Of a DNA stretch of 64,000 nucleotides, positions 1 through 57,699 are shown in pieces. The notes beneath the pieces were generated by a model. That model did no database searches, was not told where the DNA came from, and was given only the letters and a program-made list of their open reading frames with translations. A program made the translations under genes and the position numbers. Where the stretch lies: NCBI RefSeq assembly GCF_009914755.1, contig NC_060930.1, one strand, 5' to 3'. This DNA comes from the human T2T-CHM13v2.0 reference genome, Homo sapiens. The stretch's first letter is position 1, and every line of letters starts with the position of its first letter.

Positions 1-347
1 TTCTTGTTTCTTTTCCTACTCATTTTTTTTTCTATTGGTAAATTTACTAGTGATATACTTGCTTGAACATTTTTTTTTAAATCAAAGGCACTAGAAATTT
101 CCAGAAAACTAATTATCAGCTGGTTGAATTCTGGATAATGGAAAAACAAAAGGCTGAGAAAATAGAACTTCAAGTTCCATGTTGCAACTCAAGTTCCAAT
201 AGACATCAGTGGACTTTGATAAATGCACCACAGAGAAACAAATAAATAACTGACTAATTGCCTGTATAGATGACTTATCTAGAAAGCAGAAATGGATCTA
301 TATCATTTTTCTGTCATTTTTTTTCCTTCTGCATGGAAAGTTCCTAA

Positions 348-1783
<1,436 letters not shown>

Positions 1784-2929
1784 ATATATATTTGTGTTCT
1801 GAGTAATGGAAAAATAAGGGACCAAGGAAATTGGAACATTATCATATCACAATGTGGATGCATACATTTTGGCTTAAGATATGTTAGACACTGCTGGAGA
1901 TAATTGAGTTTCACTCATGAAGGGAAATGGTCAAACTTACAAGAGGATCCTGTAGCTGAAAAACAAAGATAAATCAACGTGTACAGCCTGCTGAAAGAGG
2001 AGCTAGTTTTCGTACTACTTTCCTGAAAGGAAATATCAGAAATGGCAATGGAAGAAACATCCTTCTTAGGGCAAGGGCATAGAGCGCTGTGCTGGGGAAT
2101 ATACCTGCCATCATGCCTTGTGGGGATTCTGCCTTCTGCTTAGTATAGGAGGCTGCAGGAAAGGGAGATGATTGATCTCTTCCCTTTTTGCAGTGAGTGG
2201 TTACTGCTGGAAATCCTGCGGGGGATTGGTAATTTCTTTAAACTGTGCTGCCTTTACCTTTCTTCTCCCTATTTCTGCCATCCTGTGAAAGCTTTCATTT
2301 ATTCATACAAATATCCTTCCCTTCCCTTGTTGACAAGTCACTATAAACTTCGGGTAGTTTCCGAACTTTATCTCTCTATTTTGGGTTTGGTATTCTCCTT
2401 TATTCATTCCTTATAGGAGTGGAGCAGCAGCTAAATAGAGGAATAAGCAAAAGAAATGAAGAAATGTGAGTTTCTACACACACAAGACAGAAATGAGCAA
2501 AGAGGAAAAGTATGCCAGGCCCTATAGGAAGCCAAAGGCAGCTATCATACAATAGACATGGAACTTAACCAGTCATTTCTGAAGTTTCATCTGGTGGTAA
2601 AAAACGGAAGGAACACAAAATGGAGAAATCAACATGTGTAGAACCAAGTGAATTCAGTTCTCCCTTGATAGGCTTAAAGAGGGTAACTGCAGAGAGGATA
2701 TGGGGGGCCCTAAAATCTGACAGCTCAGTGCATGTCCGGCCTTACGTGCCTTACTTTGTGCTTTGTAGCCTCAGACCTGTTTCTGCTGGTCTGAGGCAGG
2801 AGATTGGCTATAAAGTGGTAAAGTGAGGCTTTGTTCTTCCTTCTCATTTCATTTAGGAACAGTAAATGCTTGAAACACTTCTAGAGGTTCATAATGTCTT
2901 AAACTTATATGTACTTTTGTCAGTCTCAT

Positions 2930-4160
<1,231 letters not shown>

Positions 4161-5317
4161 GCCTCATTTTCTTTAGTCACTCTTGTTCACTAACCTTTTA
4201 ATTAATTAATTATATTTAAGAGGTACAAGTACAGATTTCTTATGTCATATATGGCATAGTGGTGAAGTCTGGGCTTTTAGTGTACCCATTACCCAAATAG
4301 TGAATATTCTACCCAATAATTTTTATTGACTTGAAAAGCTTTCTTCCTACTCTTCTTTACTAGGGCTGTTGGGAGCCACTAATTTTTGTTAAAGTCATTT
4401 AAATTTTAATCAGTTCATTTTGCACTTTCTCCAAATCGCTTATAACTTAGGGGAAAGCTAGAAAGGAATAAAATAGCAATATATTTTTCATTTATACACT
4501 ATCATATTTTTAAATTGTTTACACATAAGGGAGAGGGAGTCAAGCGGGGAGAAAAGGGAAAGGGAATTCATGTATCCATGTAGATTCTCTGGCACATGGT
4601 GGCTATTAGGGAACTGTGGACCAGATGTGACCCTTCCTTTAGCCCCAGTGAGTTCCTCTGAGGTGAGCTGGCTTATGTTTATCCCCCCTGTAATAATTAT
4701 GAGAACTTCCAAGGCTATAAGTCTTGGCAATCTGTGAGTACTGAGAAAAGCAGTCTTGATTCAGGGGAATAGTCAATAACAAATGGCTCTTATTCATTCA
4801 CAAAAAGGATAGTTAGAACCAGAATTCAGGGCAGTAAATATCCAGTTTTAATGGTCATAGTGTGGCTGTATGGGATGCTGCCTGCCCTCTACACATTTTG
4901 GGTTTGTTTTCCCAAGTTATCTTATAGGACTGTAAACTCCATGGCATCAGTGACCAACCATATCTTTCTCTCCCTTATTCATGACTTTATCCTCAGTGCT
5001 CAGCTTAGTATCAGATACATGGTAGGAGCTCAGCTAGATGAAGGAATGTTTGTTTGAATATATGTGACTTGCCCTCTGATAATTCTTCCTGCTTGACTTA
5101 AACTTTCTAATGCTATCCCTTAATTTCTAGATTCAGAATTTCCCGTGTCCTGGGGTTGGTTCGATGCCCTAGTTTGTCCCTAGCTCGTCACAATATGAAC
5201 TTTCATTTTATTCTCTTCCATATGTGATGCTTCTGCCAGTTCCTGTAAATTACAGCCCAATTACTGTTATATCCTGTTCCATGAGGTGCTCTGTCCTATC
5301 TTTCTTTTCCTCTCTGT

Positions 5318-5348
5318 CGTGCGTGTGTGTGCGCGCGCGCACGTGTGT
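5318..5348. repeat. Alternating purine-pyrimidine tract (TG/CG), Z-DNA prone
   Basis: cgtgcgtgtgtgtgcgcgcgcgcacgtgtgt. Confidence 0.7.
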
Positions 5349-5877
5349 TGGGGATGTTTGGAGATAGTGAGCCGGATAGGACATGAGGAAAGAGAAAGGC
5401 CTTTGGAGAGAAGACTGGAGAACTCAGGTTAGACTAGACCCTGCATAGTATTTCCTGTTAAATTTTATTGTCTTTTCTCCCTTTTGTATTTATTCTTAAA
5501 ATTTGATTTTCTTTTCTCATTTCCTCCTCATTGTCTCCTCCATTATCTTTGAGTAGGCCCTTTAGAAACTACAAAGCACTTCAGAACTGGAAAGCTGCCC
5601 TTATTATTCTCTCTCTGCTACTTTAGAAAATTCTTGTATATTGTTATAGAAGACATTATGACTATTTCTGGGGACATTTTCTTACTCTTTTTCTTTTAAA
5701 AAAAATAGCCCTGGAGAATTCTCAGTAGGTTGAAATCAGGAAGCATAAAAACATGTGTAAAATAACTGCTCTTATGGCAGTGAGACACATCTAGGGCATT
5801 TGAGACAGGGAACAGGCCCTCTAGACACTGTAGAAGATCAAGGAACCTGGAGGGAGAAGGATAGATAAGGTACTTAC

Positions 5878-46640
<40,763 letters not shown>

Positions 46641-46644
<4 letters not shown>

Positions 46645-46679
46645 TTTCCATGTATTGTCTTCATCAGGTCTCGCATCAT
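46641..46679 (-). promoter_or_regulatory. Upstream ORF in TSBP1 5' UTR (MMRDLMKTIHGK*), stop overlapping main ATG
   Basis: Three in-frame ATGs; the TGA stop at 46643-46641 overlaps the main ATG (ATGA). Confidence 0.6.
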
Positions 46680-47075
46680 CTGGATTTCTTTGTCAGAGAG
46701 AGATCAAGGTAAAACGAAAAACTCAAGTTCACTGTTTCTGAGCAATATGAACTTGGGTGTCAGGGAGGCCCTTGTAGGCAGAGATGCAGAGGATCACTGA
46801 GAAATTGCGTGGAGCAGATTGATCAGACCTAAGCAAATGATGGGAGTGTGGCCTGTGAAGGTTCTAGAATCTGTGTCATAACAGAGACTTAGAACATTAG
46901 TGAGGCAGGAGAAAAGGCAGAGGATCAAAAGGCTAGGAAGATTTAATAATGCTTTGGAGGACCTTGAACTTGTATAGGATACTGGAAGGGAACTCACTCT
47001 TTCTGGGCTTTAGAATTATTTCTAGTTTTTCAGAGATTTTTAAGGCCAGAGATTGTACATCATTAATCTTTGTAA

Positions 47076-47395
<320 letters not shown>

Positions 47396-47479
47396 TGAGG
47401 CAGAGAACCTTCCACAGAATAAGCATTTTATAAATGTTTGATAATTAAAAATGAGAAAAATGACTATATTTAAAAAGAG

Positions 47480-47875
47480 GCAGACTGGATAAAGAAAATG
47501 TGGTAAATATACACCGTGGAATACTACACAACCATAAAAAATAATGAGATGATGTCCTTTGCAGCAACATGGATGGAGGTGGAGACCACTATTCTAAGCA
47601 AACTAAAGCAGGAACAGAAAACCAAATACCATATGTTCTCACTTATAAGTGGGAGCTAAACAACAAGAACACATGGACACTAAGAGGGGAACAACAGACA
47701 CTGGGGCCTACTTAAGGGTGGAGGCTAGGAGGAGGGAGACAGCATATCTCTTGGGTTTTATGCTTATTACCCAGGTGACTAAAGAATCTGTACACCAAAC
47801 CCCCACAACACACAGTTTACCCATATAACAAACAATTACATACATGTACCCTTAAAACTAAAAGTTAAAAAAAGA
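47480..47875 (+). mobile_element. Older L1PA/L1PB 3' end
   Basis: gactggataaagaaaatgtgg...ttctcacttataagtgggagcta. Confidence 0.85.
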
Positions 47876-48379
47876 AGAGCCTTGAAACAAATGAAGGTGA
47901 ACAAAGGAAGTCAAGTTGTTGGAGTTAGATAGCAAGAAGAAATCCAGTCCAGAGGTCTATGGTGCTAGGAAGAGTGAGCCAGTAAATGGGATCTCATAAG
48001 CCACTGTGGAGAACAAGGAAGAGTAATAACACCTTTTATTGAGTGTCTATTGACTACAAAGTTCTATAGTGGGTACCTTATAAGCACAAACTTGTTTAAT
48101 CCCTAATAAACTGTACGATGAAATTCTTTGAGATGGAGAGAGACACTAGAAGTTACCCAGCCAACAAATGGCAGAGTTTCTGACTCCAAAGCCCACACTG
48201 TATTCACAAAGCCACATTTTGTTTCAGTCTTCTATGCATCCTGTGGTGGTGATTTCTAAGTTAAGAAGTCAGTCACTTGAAGAGGAAGGTGATGACTTCT
48301 AGTTTTAGGATGCTCCACCTGCCAAAAATAATCTCAAAATTGTTGAGATTATTTTTCCATAAGTGTTTTATGCATACTT

Positions 48380-49130
48380 ATGGAACACCATCAAACATAC
48401 AAATATATGAATTATGGAAGTACCAAAAGAAGAAAAAGAGGAAGGGGCAGTAAGCTTAATCAATGGAATATTATCTGAAAATTTTCCAAATCTTGAGAGG
48501 GATATGAACATCCGGATTGAAGACGATCAAAGCATCCCAAGCAAGTTCAATTCAAAAAAGACATACTCCAAGATATATTATAATCAAATTGTCAAAGGTC
48601 AAACACAAAGAGAGAATTCTGAAAGAAACATCATGTGTAAGAGATCTCCCATAAGTCCATTACCAGACTTCTCAACGGAAACCTTGCAAGTCAGTATTTT
48701 TAACCTGCAGAATTGCTATTTATTTCTATAATTTCTCCTTCTGATATTCTCAAATTGCTGAGACATCATTCTTATACTTTATTTTTTAGACATGTCTTAT
48801 TCTGCTAATTACAATGTCTGGGCTTCTTCAGAAACAGTTTCTTTTTATTATTTTCTGTGCATGGGTCATGATTTCTTTTCTCTTTACATGCTTCATTATT
48901 TTTTGCTGAAATCTAGACATTTTGAATATTATAATGTTGCAATTTAGAAACCAGATTTCCTCCCTCTACAGAGTTTGCTGTTGTTGCATTTGTTGTATTA
49001 CTACTTGTTTGTTTGTTTGTTTAAAGATTTTTCTGATCTAATTTTATAAAGTCTCCATTCTTTCCTGAATGTAACGTTTGATGTTTCTGCCCGGTTAGCT
49101 TAGTCATTAGCTAATGATTGAACAGAGACA
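48380..49130. mobile_element. L1M ORF1 fragments in both orientations
   Basis: ORF1-like peptide ENFPNLERDMNIRIE on +; T-rich antisense part follows. Confidence 0.6.
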
Positions 49131-49174
49131 ATGCCTAGAACCAAAGCAAACACTATGCTAGTCTGTGCCAAGGA

Positions 49175-49177
<3 letters not shown>

Positions 49178-49221
<44 letters not shown>
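49178..49221. repeat. (TG)n microsatellite
   Basis: About 22 units. Confidence 0.95.
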
Positions 49222-49222
<1 letters not shown>

Positions 49223-49249
49223 GAGGTACACCTTCAACATTCAACCAGT

Positions 49250-50550
49250 CTCACTTTTGCCCCTCCAACAAATGCCCAGTGAATTTGCGCCCAGTAAGGT
49301 CCAGGTCACCTTCTTCCTACAGGATTTAAAGCAAACCAAGGGGGATCTTGGCAAGCTTTCAGATGACCCTTATAGATATATAGAGGTTTTCCAGACTTTC
49401 ACCCATATATTTAAACTCTCCTGGAGAGATGTTATGCTACTTTTGAATCAGACCCTGATGGACACTGAGAAGCAGGCCGCTCTGCAAGCAGTAAAGAGAT
49501 TTGGGAATGAGCTTTGTATCACATATGGCATCAGGGAAGGGAGCAAACATTATCCAACTGGAAGAGAAGCAGTAAAAGTGAATGACCCTAAGTGGGATCC
49601 CAATGACAGGTGGAAGACTGGAAGAGGAGACGCTTTCAGATGTGCATAATGGAAGGCTTTTGTAGGACTAAGACCAAGCCTCTCAATTATACTAAGTTGT
49701 CCATGATCGACGAGGTATTTGATGAAAATCCTGCTGCCTTCCTGGAGAGACTAAGAGAGGCCTTGGTAAAGCATACCTGTCTATCTCCTGATTCAGTAGA
49801 GGGACAGCTAACCCTAAAGGATAAATTTATTACTCAGGCAGCTCCTGACCTCAGGAGGAAGTTGCAGAAACGGGCCCTGGGACCGGATAGTACATTAGAG
49901 GACCTTCTGAAAGTGGCCACCTTGGTCTTTTATAATACAGACAGGGAGGCCCAGGAAAGAGAGAGGAAATACAGGAAAGACACAGAAGCTTTAATGGCCA
50001 CCAGGCAAGCCCACAAACCCCAGAATTCCCAGGGTACACCTGTTAACTACTAAAGATATGGCCAGAACAGTTATCTCATTCTAAAAGTTTATCCACTCCC
50101 ATACAAGGTTTAATTTCTTTCACCAGGGTGAAACATCTCAGGGTACAATGTTGTTGTTAGTATATTTCACTTCTTATCTCTGTAATCTTTGGCACTAATT
50201 TTTTTTCCTTGTATAATACACGTATTTATTATAGTATGTATAGTATGTATGTATGTAGTTACAGTGTGTATAACTTGGGTATACATACCCAAGTATATAT
50301 AATCCATGCATACTTAACCTTATAAAACTTGTTTTTTCTCTCACACCTGGAAGCCATCAACCTCCAAATGGTCAGGGAACCGGAGCCTTGGATGATGGCT
50401 CCCCTTTGCTAGGAACCCTTATATAGACCTCTGGGAAGAATCTGACTGCCGTTTTCCCCAAAACGATGCCCCTATCAGCAGGAAGCAGCTAAGACCCGTC
50501 ATCATCCATATTCGAACAGCAGTTAGATGTACCTCTTCAGACAGGGGAGG
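49250..50550 (+). mobile_element. gag: Class I ERV internal fragment: frameshifted gag capsid plus 3' internal end and PPT
   Basis: DLGKLSDDPYRYIEVF, LSWRDVMLLLNQTL, major homology region ENPAAFLERLREAL, DKFITQAAPDLRRKLQK; decayed zinc knuckle; PPT agacaggggagg. Confidence 0.88.
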
Positions 50551-51386
50551 TGATATAGAAGAGGGGCAGGGAAGTGCTGGTAAGGGAAGGGCATGGTCCC
50601 TGGCTAAGGCTCCACCCCTGGGCCTGTGCCCACAGACCTAGGTAAGGACAGACACTCCTGCCTTCATGCCCAAATGTTGCATTTCCCAAGACCACCCTGG
50701 CCTGCCATGCCCCCATCCTGTGCCTGTAAAAATCCTGAGACCCTAGCAGGCAGGGACAGAAGCGGCTGGACGTCAAAAGGAACACATCAGTGGAAGAACA
50801 CACAAGTGGCTGGATGTCAAGAGGGACACATCGGTTAAAGATCATGCCAACAGGAACCAGCAGATGCTGGCATGCTGGCAGGCCATTGACCAGCGGAACA
50901 AAATGGAGTTTGGCCAGGGCAGTTGGAGGGGAACCCAGCTGCTGAGCAGCCTGACTCCAGGGGAAAACCACCTTCCCACTCCATCTCCCTTCTGGCTCCC
51001 CCATCTGCTGAGAGCCACTTCCACTCAATAAGACCTTGCTCTCATTCTTCAAGCCCACATGTGATCTGATTTTTCTGGTACACCAAGGTAAGAACCTGGG
51101 ATACAGAAAGCCCTCTGTCCTTGCAATAAGGCAGAGGGTCTAATTGAGCTAGTTAACACTAGCTGCCTATACATGGCAAAACTAAAAGAGCACACAGTAA
51201 CACATGCCCACTGGGGCTTCAGGAACTGTAAACATACACCCCTAGATGCTGCCGTGAGGCCAGAGCCCCACATCCTGTCCGTCTGTATGCTCTCCCTAGA
51301 GGTTTGAGCAGCAGGGCACTGAAGAAGTGAGCCACTCCCGCTGTTGCAAGCCCTGTGAGGGGGACAAGAAGACCTTTCCCATTTCA
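50551..51386 (+). mobile_element. 3' LTR, LTR1-like (HUERS-P group)
   Basis: TGATA...TTTCA termini directly after the PPT; 836 bp; family assignment from memory. Confidence 0.8.
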
Positions 51387-51709
51387 GTATCTTAGAAGGT
51401 GGTAACTGCTGTGAAAAGTGAAAAAGCAAGTCAGTGAAAGAGAACTACTGGCAGCTGCAGTGGGATTTCGATTTAAATAGATTATCCTGGATATACCTCT
51501 GTGAGAAGGCAATACTTGGGGGAAGTAGGGTAGACATCTAAGTGGATTTCTGAGTGAAGAGTTTTCCAGGCAGAGAAGACAACTACAGCAAAGACCGTAA
51601 GATAGGAATGTGTCTGGTGTTTTCAAGGAATATGAAGTGGCCAGTGTCACTGGTATGAACTGATCCAGGAAAACAACAGTAGGAAAATAAGTTAGAAAGA
51701 TAATGGATC

Positions 51710-52000
51710 AGCCAGGCATGGTGGCTCATGCCTGTAATCCCAGCACTTTGGGAGGCCAAGGTGGGAAGACCCCTTGAACCTAGGAATTCAAGACCAGCTG
51801 GGGAAAGATGGCAAGACCCCGTCTCTACAAAATAATAAAAAAATTAGCCAGGCATGGTGGCATGCACCTGTAGTCCAGTTACTCAGAAGACTGAGGCAGG
51901 GGAAGACCCTTTGATCCCAGGAGGTTGAGGCTGCAGTGAGCTATGATTGTTCCACTGTACTCCAGCCTGGGCAACAGAGCAAGACCCCGCCTCAAAAAAA
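51710..52000 (+). mobile_element. AluJ-type SINE within L2 relic (~51400-52270)
   Basis: Alu consensus; flanking L2-like sequence. Confidence 0.82.
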
Positions 52001-53567
52001 ATTGTAACATCTAGTGAGCTACTGACAGGACTTTGATTTTAACTTGAATGAAATAAAGAGATAAGATGGGTCATTATGTAGGCAAATGACACGTTTTTAC
52101 CTATGTCTGCATAAAGACATAAAACAATTTTGCTGCTGTGTTAAGAAAAGACAGTAGTGGGAGGAAAAGAAGAAGCAAGGAGACTACTGTTAAGAGTTAT
52201 CCAGGCAATCATTGACAGTACCTTTGTCTAGTTTGTGAACTACTAAAGTGGTGAAATGCATTTAAATTTGTAGCAGTATTTTCCCCACTGGGGATAAGGG
52301 AATGACTGCCAAAGATTGCCAATACCTAGGCATTAAGGAGAACATAAATATAAGTATGGAATTTCATGCAGACCAGGGTTAAAGGGTCTAAGGATACACC
52401 TGAGACAATGTCTGAAAACTAAGGAAGGGAAGAAAAGTGAACAGAAATAGAGTTAAGTGGGAGTAGTTGTCAGAAAAGAAAGTAATGTCTAATTATACAG
52501 CTGTTTATTGATTAACAGAGGGCTTCTAAAGGGCAGTTATTTAGATAAGAACTTCTTAGATGAGAGTGCAACTTCGCTGAGCGTAGTAGATTCTAATCTT
52601 AGGCCCTTTGCCATAGACATTTTCTTTCCCTGATGATTTTTTTAAATCCATATTTTATATCTGCAAACACATTTTTCTTTCCCTCAGGTTCCAGAATCTG
52701 TGTCTCAAGCCTACGTGGCTTAGATGGGATCTAACAAGAAAAGTCTGTCCCCTCTCTGGGTTACTGGGTCCAACCAGTTGGCAAGTTTTAGCTCTGATTT
52801 TGTTTCTTAACTTCTAGAATAACAGAAATATAGGGTATCTTAGTATTTCAATGACAAACTCTGACAAAAGGATATATATCAGAGGTGGGGACTTTCAACA
52901 AATATTGGACTAGAGCAAATAAAACTGTCATATGCAGTTGGCATTATTGTGTATTTAGAAATTGCAAGAAATACTACAGCTAAATTTTTGGAATTAATAA
53001 GTTTACCAAGGTTATTAAATACAAGAATAATATCCAAGAACCAACACATTTTTATAAGACAGAAATGAAGAGAACATACAATTTGAAAAGAAAATACAAT
53101 TCACATTATCATCAAAATTACACACTACCTAGGAATACATCTTTTTAAAAAGTTCAAAATATGTGGATTAAATGTAAAAAAACTTTGTCTTATAGATATC
53201 CAGATATAGCTATAGCTCTCTATAAATAAAGAGGCATGTATAGTTTTTAGAGTAAAAATAAATACATATTTTATTTTATTTTATTTGCTTGCTGCAAAAC
53301 TTTTGTGACATATTGGCTCCTTAAGCAATATTTGGAAACAGGGTAATACTGTTGAGAAAACAAACATATTACATTTAGAGATTCGAAATGAGAATATATA
53401 CTTTACAAATTAAACCACATACTTTGACATTTTCTTTAAAAACTACATTTATAAATTGTATGGTAACACCAATGTTTATCTATTCCCTGGGCCAATCTAC
53501 TAAATTATCATGATATGGATAATAATCCTCCATGGCAATGTCAAAGATGGTATTTAAATAGACATTT

Positions 53568-53600
53568 GATAGATAGATAGATAGATAGATAGATGATAGA
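53568..53600. repeat. (GATA)n tetranucleotide repeat
   Basis: Direct reading. Confidence 0.9.
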
Positions 53601-53694
53601 CACACACATAAAATTTGTTTGATTTTGTGTTTTTATTATTTCTATACCTGGAGTCAAGGGGTTAACTGAGCTAGGTGCAATCTGATTCTTTTTA

Positions 53695-54030
53695 TTCTAA
53701 GTAAAATAGCCAGGCACAGAAAGACAAATACTGTGATCTCACTTATACATGGAATCTAAAAAGTCAGACTCATAGGAGTGGAGAGCAGAATGGTGATTAC
53801 AGGCTGGGGAAGTGGGGCGAATATGGGGAAGATGAGAAGATGTTGGTCAAAGAGTACAAGGTTTCAGTTACACAAGAGCAATATGTTTTTGAAATATATT
53901 GCTAATAATAATGTATATTTTACAAATTACAAAGAGGAAATTTCAGTCTGTTAACCAAAAAAAATTGATAAGCATGTGAAGTGATGATTATGTTAATCAG
54001 TTTAATTCAATCATTCACTATATAGCTTAA
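53695..54030 (+). mobile_element. L1MA 3' end, followed by (TA)-rich low-complexity tract to ~54400
   Basis: agccaggcacagaaagacaaatactg...tctcacttata. Confidence 0.75.
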
Positions 54031-54434
54031 TTTAATAATTCCACTATATATAATATATAGATTTATTTTTATACTTTTATATATTTGTATATAGTTATAT
54101 ATATCTATGAATATGTAGTTATATATTATTTATATATAGTTACATATTAGTATATATATTTATAGTCTATAAATATATGTAATATATAATATACATTATG
54201 TTGTACATAATATATATGCTGTGTATGAAATATATATAAATAGTTTTGAGGTACATATATCTGTCAAAACTTGATATTATGCCTCATAAATATATATATT
54301 ATTTTCTATTATAAAAGAAAATATTAAATATAAATCAAATTTATTTATATACCAGTAAAGCATATAAAATTATATAAATATTGAAAACAAACCTATGTAA
54401 ATATAGATATACCTCTTTATTTAAAAGACTTCCT

Positions 54435-56750
54435 ACAGCCATGGATTGGAAAACTTAATATTACTAAGGTGACAATATTATCCAATGTGATAGGGAGATT
54501 CAATGTAATTCCTTACCAAAATCTTAATGGCATTATTTTTTGGATAGAAATAGAAAAATCTCTCTTAAAATTCATGTGGAACATAAAAGGACCTCAAGTA
54601 ACCAAAACAATCTTGAAAAACAAGAAACAAATTTGCAGGACTCTCACTCCCCAGTTTCAAAACTTAATACAAAGTTACAGTAATCAAGAGCACATGCAGC
54701 ACTGGTATAAAGAAAAATACAGAGACAAATGGAGAAGCATTGAGAGGCCAGAAGTGAACTCTCAATTCATTTACCACGGGTGCCAAGACCATTCAATGGG
54801 GAAACGGTGGTCTTTGACAAATGGTGTTGGGAAAATTAGACACCCACATGCAGGAAGAATGAAGTTGGATTCTTACTTTAAGCCATGTGCAAATTCAATC
54901 AAATTGAACCAAAGACCTAAATTTAAGTGATAAAACTGTAAAACTCTTAAAAGAGAACAAGGGAAAAATCTTCATGACTTTGGATTAGGTAATGGCTTCT
55001 TTAAAATGACACCAAAAGCACAGACCACAAAAGAAAAATTACATAAATTGGGCTTCGTAAAAATTAAAAACTTTTGTGCATCAAAATACACTTATCAAGA
55101 GAGTGAAAAGAAAACCTACAGAATTGTTTGCACAGATGCAAAGATTCTAATTAAAACAGTAAGATAAATCTAGTAAAAAATACATATAATTAAGTGTAGT
55201 TTAATCTTAAAAATATAAATTTTGTAATACATTAATACAATTATGAAATTATATACCTAATATAAAGCAAAAACAAAATTAAAAACAAGAAAATAAAAAC
55301 TATATAATCTTAGATGGCACAAACATTTTAAAATAAAAGTTAATATCCACTCATGATTTTAAAAATAAAACAACAGCAGCAACAATATCCTCTAGCAATG
55401 TAAGAATAGAAGAAAATTTTCTGAGTCTACTAAATAGTGCCAGGGAAGAATCAAAAGCTAACATCAATAACAGTAGTGTTGTATTGCTCACTTTACCCCT
55501 AAAATCGAGAACAAGAAAAGAATGTCCTCTATTAGTACTTCCAGTAGTGAGGAGGACCTGGCCAGAAGAATAAAGCAAAATAATTAATTAATTAAAAGTA
55601 ATAAAGATTGGAAAGAAAGAACACAGTATTGTCATTCACACATAATGTGCTTAAGTACTTAGATAATCGAATGGAATCTATAAAACCACCAAACTTCTAG
55701 AATAATTAATCAGGGATTTTAGCAAGGTCTCAGTGTACAAAATTAATAATGAAAATAAATTTTATTTCCATACATTAGTAATTAACATTTGGAAAATGAA
55801 TATATCACTTACAATAGAATCAAATAGTATAAAATTCTTAAGAATATAGTTAACAAAGTATATGCAAGATACCTACACTGAAAACTGCAAAACCCTTCAG
55901 ATAAAAATTTAAAAATACCTACATAAAGGAAGAGACCTAACAAAAGTGTTGTATCTAGACTATTTGAAGAATTTCTTCAACTTCATAAAAATATTAAATA
56001 ATGCAACAAAATAGAACAAAGATTTGAATGAATATTTCATAAATGAAGATAGATGACTAAAGAATTCAACATAATCATCAGGAAAATGCAAACCAAAATG
56101 AGTTATTACTTTACACTCACTGACCTGGATATAATTTAAAAGGCTGAAAATATCAATTATTGGTTATGTGGAGTCACTGAAACTCTCATACATTGCTTAT
56201 TTGAATGTAAAATAGTGCAGCCACTTTGGAAAACTGATTTGTAGTATTTTATAAAATTAAACACATACCTACTCTTTGACCCAGACATTGTATATGGAAT
56301 GAAAAGTATAAAAGAAATGAAATATGTGTCCACAATAGACTTGAAAGAGAATGTTCATAGCAATTTTATTAATAATAGCCCAAACCTAGAAACATCCAGG
56401 TATCCATCAGCAGAAAAATGAGTGGAAAAAACTGAAGCATATTCATAAAATGAAATTCAACTTAAAATATTAAAAGAACATACACAGCAATATACATGAT
56501 CTCAACATTATATTGAATGAAAAAAATTAGATACAACAGAGCAAATAGTGTATTATTACCATATGAAGTTAATGAAAAGGCAAAACTAAACTTTGATGAT
56601 GGGAATCAGACTACTGGTTGCCTGTGAAAAATTAATGTTCTTTGTTTGGATTAAGGTATGAATTACTTGGGTGTATTCAATTGTTAATACTTATAATCTG
56701 TGCTTGTAAAAATACATGTCTGTAAATTATACTTCAATCATTTAAAAAAG
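54435..56750 (+). mobile_element. L1M ORF2/3' remnants (at least two fragments)
   Basis: ORF2 peptide IEKSLLKFMWNIKGPQVTKTILKNK. Confidence 0.75.
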
Positions 56751-57269
56751 AGAGATTACAAAATTTTGAGTTTGAGAGTAGAAATTCAAGCCTAATCTTC
56801 TTGAGCCTTTTAAGACTACTGGGTTGAAAGGGAGACAGACCCTAGCTTACTTTATAACACTGATGATATAGATTTGAGGTGAGAGAAAAAAAATATTTTT
56901 CATCATCCTAATGAAATTTATGTCTTCTCACATCCACAATTTTTTTCAATCTCATGTCTTTGGAAAATCCTGCTTCGCAAATATGGAAGAGAAAGCTATA
57001 CCCTCCCCTCTAGGAATCAGAGGTTGTCCTAACGTCCTCTTTCACATCATTCTCTTCTATAAACCCAGTGTCCTTAAAATTAGTTAGGCCTATAGTCAAG
57101 TAAGCCTGTAATAATAAATATAGTAAGTGGAACTGCCAACCCTGTCTTTCCTAATCTTTTGAATTAGCAAAATATCCTTTATCCAAAGGGAAGAAAAGAA
57201 ATCCTGTGTCAGGAGGACATAATTGCTATCTCTCCAGAAAAGAATGCCAATCCATGTATCTCTCTCTTT

Positions 57270-57577
57270 GTTTTTTTAGAGAGAGAGACAGGGTCTCTCT
57301 CTGTCACCCAGGCTGGAGTGCAGTGGTACAGACATGGCTAACTGCAGCCTCTATCTCCCAGGCTCAAGCAATCCTTGTCCTCCTGCTTCAGCCTCCTGAG
57401 TAGCTGGGACTACAGGCATGTGCCACCAAACTCAGCTAATTTTTTGATGTGTGTAGAAATGGGGCCTCACTATGTTGCCCAGGCTGGTCTCAAATTCCTG
57501 TCCTTAAGCTACCCTCCCATCTTGGCCTTCGAAAGTGCTCGGCTGTTGGGATTACAGGCTTGAGTCACCACACCAGC
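57270..57577 (-). mobile_element. AluJ-type SINE
   Basis: Diverged Alu. Confidence 0.85.
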
Positions 57578-57699
57578 CTCCCTCTATCTAGAAACAGAAT
57601 AAAGGTGAGGGGGTAGGTAGGCAGGATTAAACAAACAAAAAACACTGTCCTCTGTGAATGATCGATTCAACCAAATTAAAGACCATGTATCAAAACCCT

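Noticed and set aside
4488-4742. Minus-strand ORF after a ttttctcag acceptor
   Set aside because: Phase-1 reading stops after 8 codons; no convincing similarity to TSBP1
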